Of a DNA stretch of 64,000 bases, positions 61,438-64,000 are shown piece after piece. Made by a program: the position numbers and the translations under genes. This stretch comes from an uncultured Acidobacteriota bacterium (lineage in GTDB: Bacteria > Acidobacteriota > Thermoanaerobaculia > UBA5066), in contig CAVZYA010000001.1 in NCBI GenBank assembly GCA_963779415.1, forward strand, positions 1,568,001 to 1,632,000, in the 5' to 3' direction. The first letter of the stretch is position 1. The number at the start of each line of letters is the position of its first letter. The notes beneath the pieces were generated by a model that worked only from the letters and a program-made list of their open reading frames with translations, was not told where the DNA came from and made no database searches.

Positions 61438-64000
61438 ATGGAGTTGATCAAGAACAAGGGGTGGCGAAGCGCCGGAGTCATGGCGATCGCTCTTCTCTTT
61501 GCCTCCGGGATCGCCTTCGGCCAGGCGCAGACGGGCAACATCTTCGCCAGAGCTTCGGACGACCAAGGGGTCGGGCTTCCCGGCGTGAGCGTCACGCTGT
61601 CGGGAGTCGGCGCTCCGCTCACGCAGGTGACGAACGTCAACGGCGACGTCCGGTTCGTCAGCCTCTCTCCGGGCATCTACGCCCTCGACTTCAGCCTTCA
61701 GAGCTTCGCGAAGGTCAGCCGGAAGAACGTCACCGTCGGCCTCGGGGCGAATACGCAGATCAACGTGACGATGAAGCTGGCCGGGGTCCAGGAGAGCGTC
61801 GTCGTGACGGGGGAGAGCCCGCTCCTCGACAGGCGCTCCACGGGCTCCACCGAGCAGATCAGCAAGGTCGAGCTGGAGAACATCCCGACCGCGCGTGACC
61901 CGTGGGTCATCCTTCAGACGGCCCCCGGCGTCCAGATCGACCGCGTCAACGTCGGCGGCTCCGAGAGCGGCCAGCAGTCGACCTATCTAGCCAAGGGAGC
62001 CGGCCTCGACCAGGGGACCTGGAACGTGGACGGCGTCAACATCACCGACATGGGCGCCCTCGGCTCCTCGCCGACGTACTACGACTTCGACTCCTTCGCC
62101 GAGATGAACGTCGTGACGGGCGGCTCCGACGCGTCGGTCCAGACGCCCGGCGTCCAGCTCAACATGGTGACGAAGCGCGGGACGAATGACGTCCACGGGT
62201 CGGCCCGCGTCATCATCTCGGACAAGGGGCTCCAGTCCAACAACATCTCCGATGAACTGGCCGCGCAGCTCGCCAGAGACGGTCTGCCGGTCACCGCCAA
62301 CCAGCTCAACAACCTCCAGGACTTCGGCGCCGAGATCGGCGGCCCGATCGTGAAGGACAAGGTCTGGCTCTGGGGAAGCTACGGCCGGCAACAGATCAAT
62401 AACATCACGGCCGCGGGCTACCCCGACAATACTCAGCTGATCGGCTTCGGCGGAAAGCTGAATGCACAGATCGTCCCGGAGAACACCTTCACGGCCGACT
62501 ACTCGTACAACGACAAGAGGAAGCAGGGGCGCAATGCCTCTCCGACCCGTCCGCCCGAGACGACGTGGGACCAGACCGGCCCGACGAAGCTGTACAAGTT
62601 GGAGGACTCGCACGTCTTCACCCCGGACATCTTCGCGACCGCAAGCTACGCGCGCATCCTCGGCGGATTCAACCTCGTCTCCGAGGGCCAGGGCCAGCCG
62701 TACCTCGATGACAGCGGCGTCTGGCACGGCGGCTTCGTGAACTACTACACCCAGCGTCCTCAGACCCAGGTCACCTTCACGCCGTCGTTCTTCTTCAGGA
62801 CGGGGAGCGTCGGACACGAAATCAAGGCCGGCTTCAACTACCGGTCGACGCCGATCGCGTCCCAGAGCGGCTGGCCGGGAGGGATCATCGGCTACAGCGC
62901 GGGCGCATACGGGACCAGCGAGAACGTCGCAGCCTTCACGCGCGACCGGAACCAGCAAAGCGCGCAGACGTACTACTCCGGCTACCTCTCCGACACGATG
63001 ACCGCCGACAAGCTGACCATAAACCTGGGCGTCCGGTACGACGACCAGAAGATGACGGACGAGTCGATCGCCATTCCCTGCTGCGGATACAACAGCACTC
63101 TCTTTCCGCAGGTCCCCTTCACACCGATCACCTATCAGGGTGCTCCCCCGGTCACATGGAAGGACTGGGAGCCGCGCGCCGGCATCACGTACGCGCTCGG
63201 GGACCAGAACAAGACTCTTCTGAAGGCCAGCTACGCCCGCTTCGCCAACCAGCTCGGGGGGCTCGCAAGCTGGGGCCTCTTCCCGAGTGACGGTGGCGTC
63301 CCCCACTATCTCTACTACTACTGGAACGACGCGAACGGGAACCACAAGGTCGATCCGGGCGAGGTCGACTTCAATACCGATTACGGGTACGGCCCCAACG
63401 GCATCTATGGTGCCTACAACGTCGACCCCAACAATCCCAACAGGACGACACCGATCAACCAGCTCGACCCCAACCTGAAGGCCACGAAGACGGACGAGTT
63501 CATCATCGGCTTCGAGCACGAGCTGCTGCCGGCCTTCGTCGTGGGTTTGAGCGGCACGTACCGCCACACCTTCGACCTTATCCAGACGGCCCCTCTCTCC
63601 GCGGACGGGACCCGGGTCCTGACACCGGCCGACTACACCTGCAAGACGATCGGCCCGTACCCGGTCCCGGGCGGCTCCCCGCAAACGGTCCAGCAATGTG
63701 ATCCGTTGCCGGGCGTTGCCGGGCAGGGACGGCTCGTGAGAAACAGGCCCGGCGCGTACCTCACGTACTGGGGCATCGACTTCGTCGCAACAAAACGCTA
63801 CGCCGACAAATGGATGGCGCGCTTTGCCTTCACCTACTCCGACGACACGCAGCACGGCCTGTCCGACGGGGTGGTCGATCCGTCCAACCTTCAGCCGGGC
63901 ACGGAAGCGGACGGGGGCCTCTACGTCCAGGGCGCGGGCACAGGCTCCGGAGCGAAACAGTACGTCTGGCTCAGCTCTCACTGGCAGGCCACCCTCTCCG
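61438..64000 (+). CDS. Oar-like TonB-dependent receptor paralog 2 (truncated by the window end)
   Basis: Missing from the ORF track. MELIKNKGWRSAG..FGQAQTGN..LPGVSVTLSG, WNVDGVNITD, VTKRGTNDVHGS; collinear with 48220-51141. Confidence 0.9.
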   Translation, partial: MELIKNKGWRSAGVMAIALLFASGIAFGQAQTGNIFARASDDQGVGLPGVSVTLSGVGAPLTQVTNVNGDVRFVSLSPGIYALDFSLQSFAKVSRKNVTVGLGANTQINVTMKLAGVQESVVVTGESPLLDRRSTGSTEQISKVELENIPTARDPWVILQTAPGVQIDRVNVGGSESGQQSTYLAKGAGLDQGTWNVDGVNITDMGALGSSPTYYDFDSFAEMNVVTGGSDASVQTPGVQLNMVTKRGTNDVHGSARVIISDKGLQSNNISDELAAQLARDGLPVTANQLNNLQDFGAEIGGPIVKDKVWLWGSYGRQQINNITAAGYPDNTQLIGFGGKLNAQIVPENTFTADYSYNDKRKQGRNASPTRPPETTWDQTGPTKLYKLEDSHVFTPDIFATASYARILGGFNLVSEGQGQPYLDDSGVWHGGFVNYYTQRPQTQVTFTPSFFFRTGSVGHEIKAGFNYRSTPIASQSGWPGGIIGYSAGAYGTSENVAAFTRDRNQQSAQTYYSGYLSDTMTADKLTINLGVRYDDQKMTDESIAIPCCGYNSTLFPQVPFTPITYQGAPPVTWKDWEPRAGITYALGDQNKTLLKASYARFANQLGGLASWGLFPSDGGVPHYLYYYWNDANGNHKVDPGEVDFNTDYGYGPNGIYGAYNVDPNNPNRTTPINQLDPNLKATKTDEFIIGFEHELLPAFVVGLSGTYRHTFDLIQTAPLSADGTRVLTPADYTCKTIGPYPVPGGSPQTVQQCDPLPGVAGQGRLVRNRPGAYLTYWGIDFVATKRYADKWMARFAFTYSDDTQHGLSDGVVDPSNLQPGTEADGGLYVQGAGTGSGAKQYVWLSSHWQATLS

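Overview
High-GC bacterial chromosome segment. The gene content (Oar-like TonB-dependent receptors with carboxypeptidase-regulatory N-termini, acidobacterial-type VWA proteins, sulfatase-like/TPR lipoproteins) suggests Acidobacteriota, possibly Thermoanaerobaculia; this is an inference. From left to right: a glycyl-radical 4-hydroxyproline dehydratase (HypD, cut by the window edge) with its activase and a divergent PAS-AraC regulator; an FHA-trypsin protease; a VPS10-type protein; an unannotated 77-aa glutaredoxin-like protein with two in-frame UGA codons and SECIS-like hairpins (probable double selenoprotein); tRNA-Asp and tRNA-Val; housekeeping and TCA genes (pepP, RluA family, ndk, sucCD, aceA, sdhCAB, frameshifted mdh); transporters; and a 16-kb envelope cluster (TBDT, Thr-type sulfatase-TPR, VWA, TPR, two more sulfatase-TPR, second TBDT). 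Both TBDT genes carry a duplicated ~390-bp enhancer/IHF/promoter/leader region. Non-coding signals include a two-copy structured intergenic repeat with covarying stems (19.6 and 33.4 kb), REP-like repeats flanking a DUF1684 gene, many apparently leaderless genes, and probable CTG/ATT starts. No CRISPR, integrase, transposase or prophage gene is evident. Three genes carry frameshifts that may be assembly errors. All family calls come from motif recognition, not database searches.
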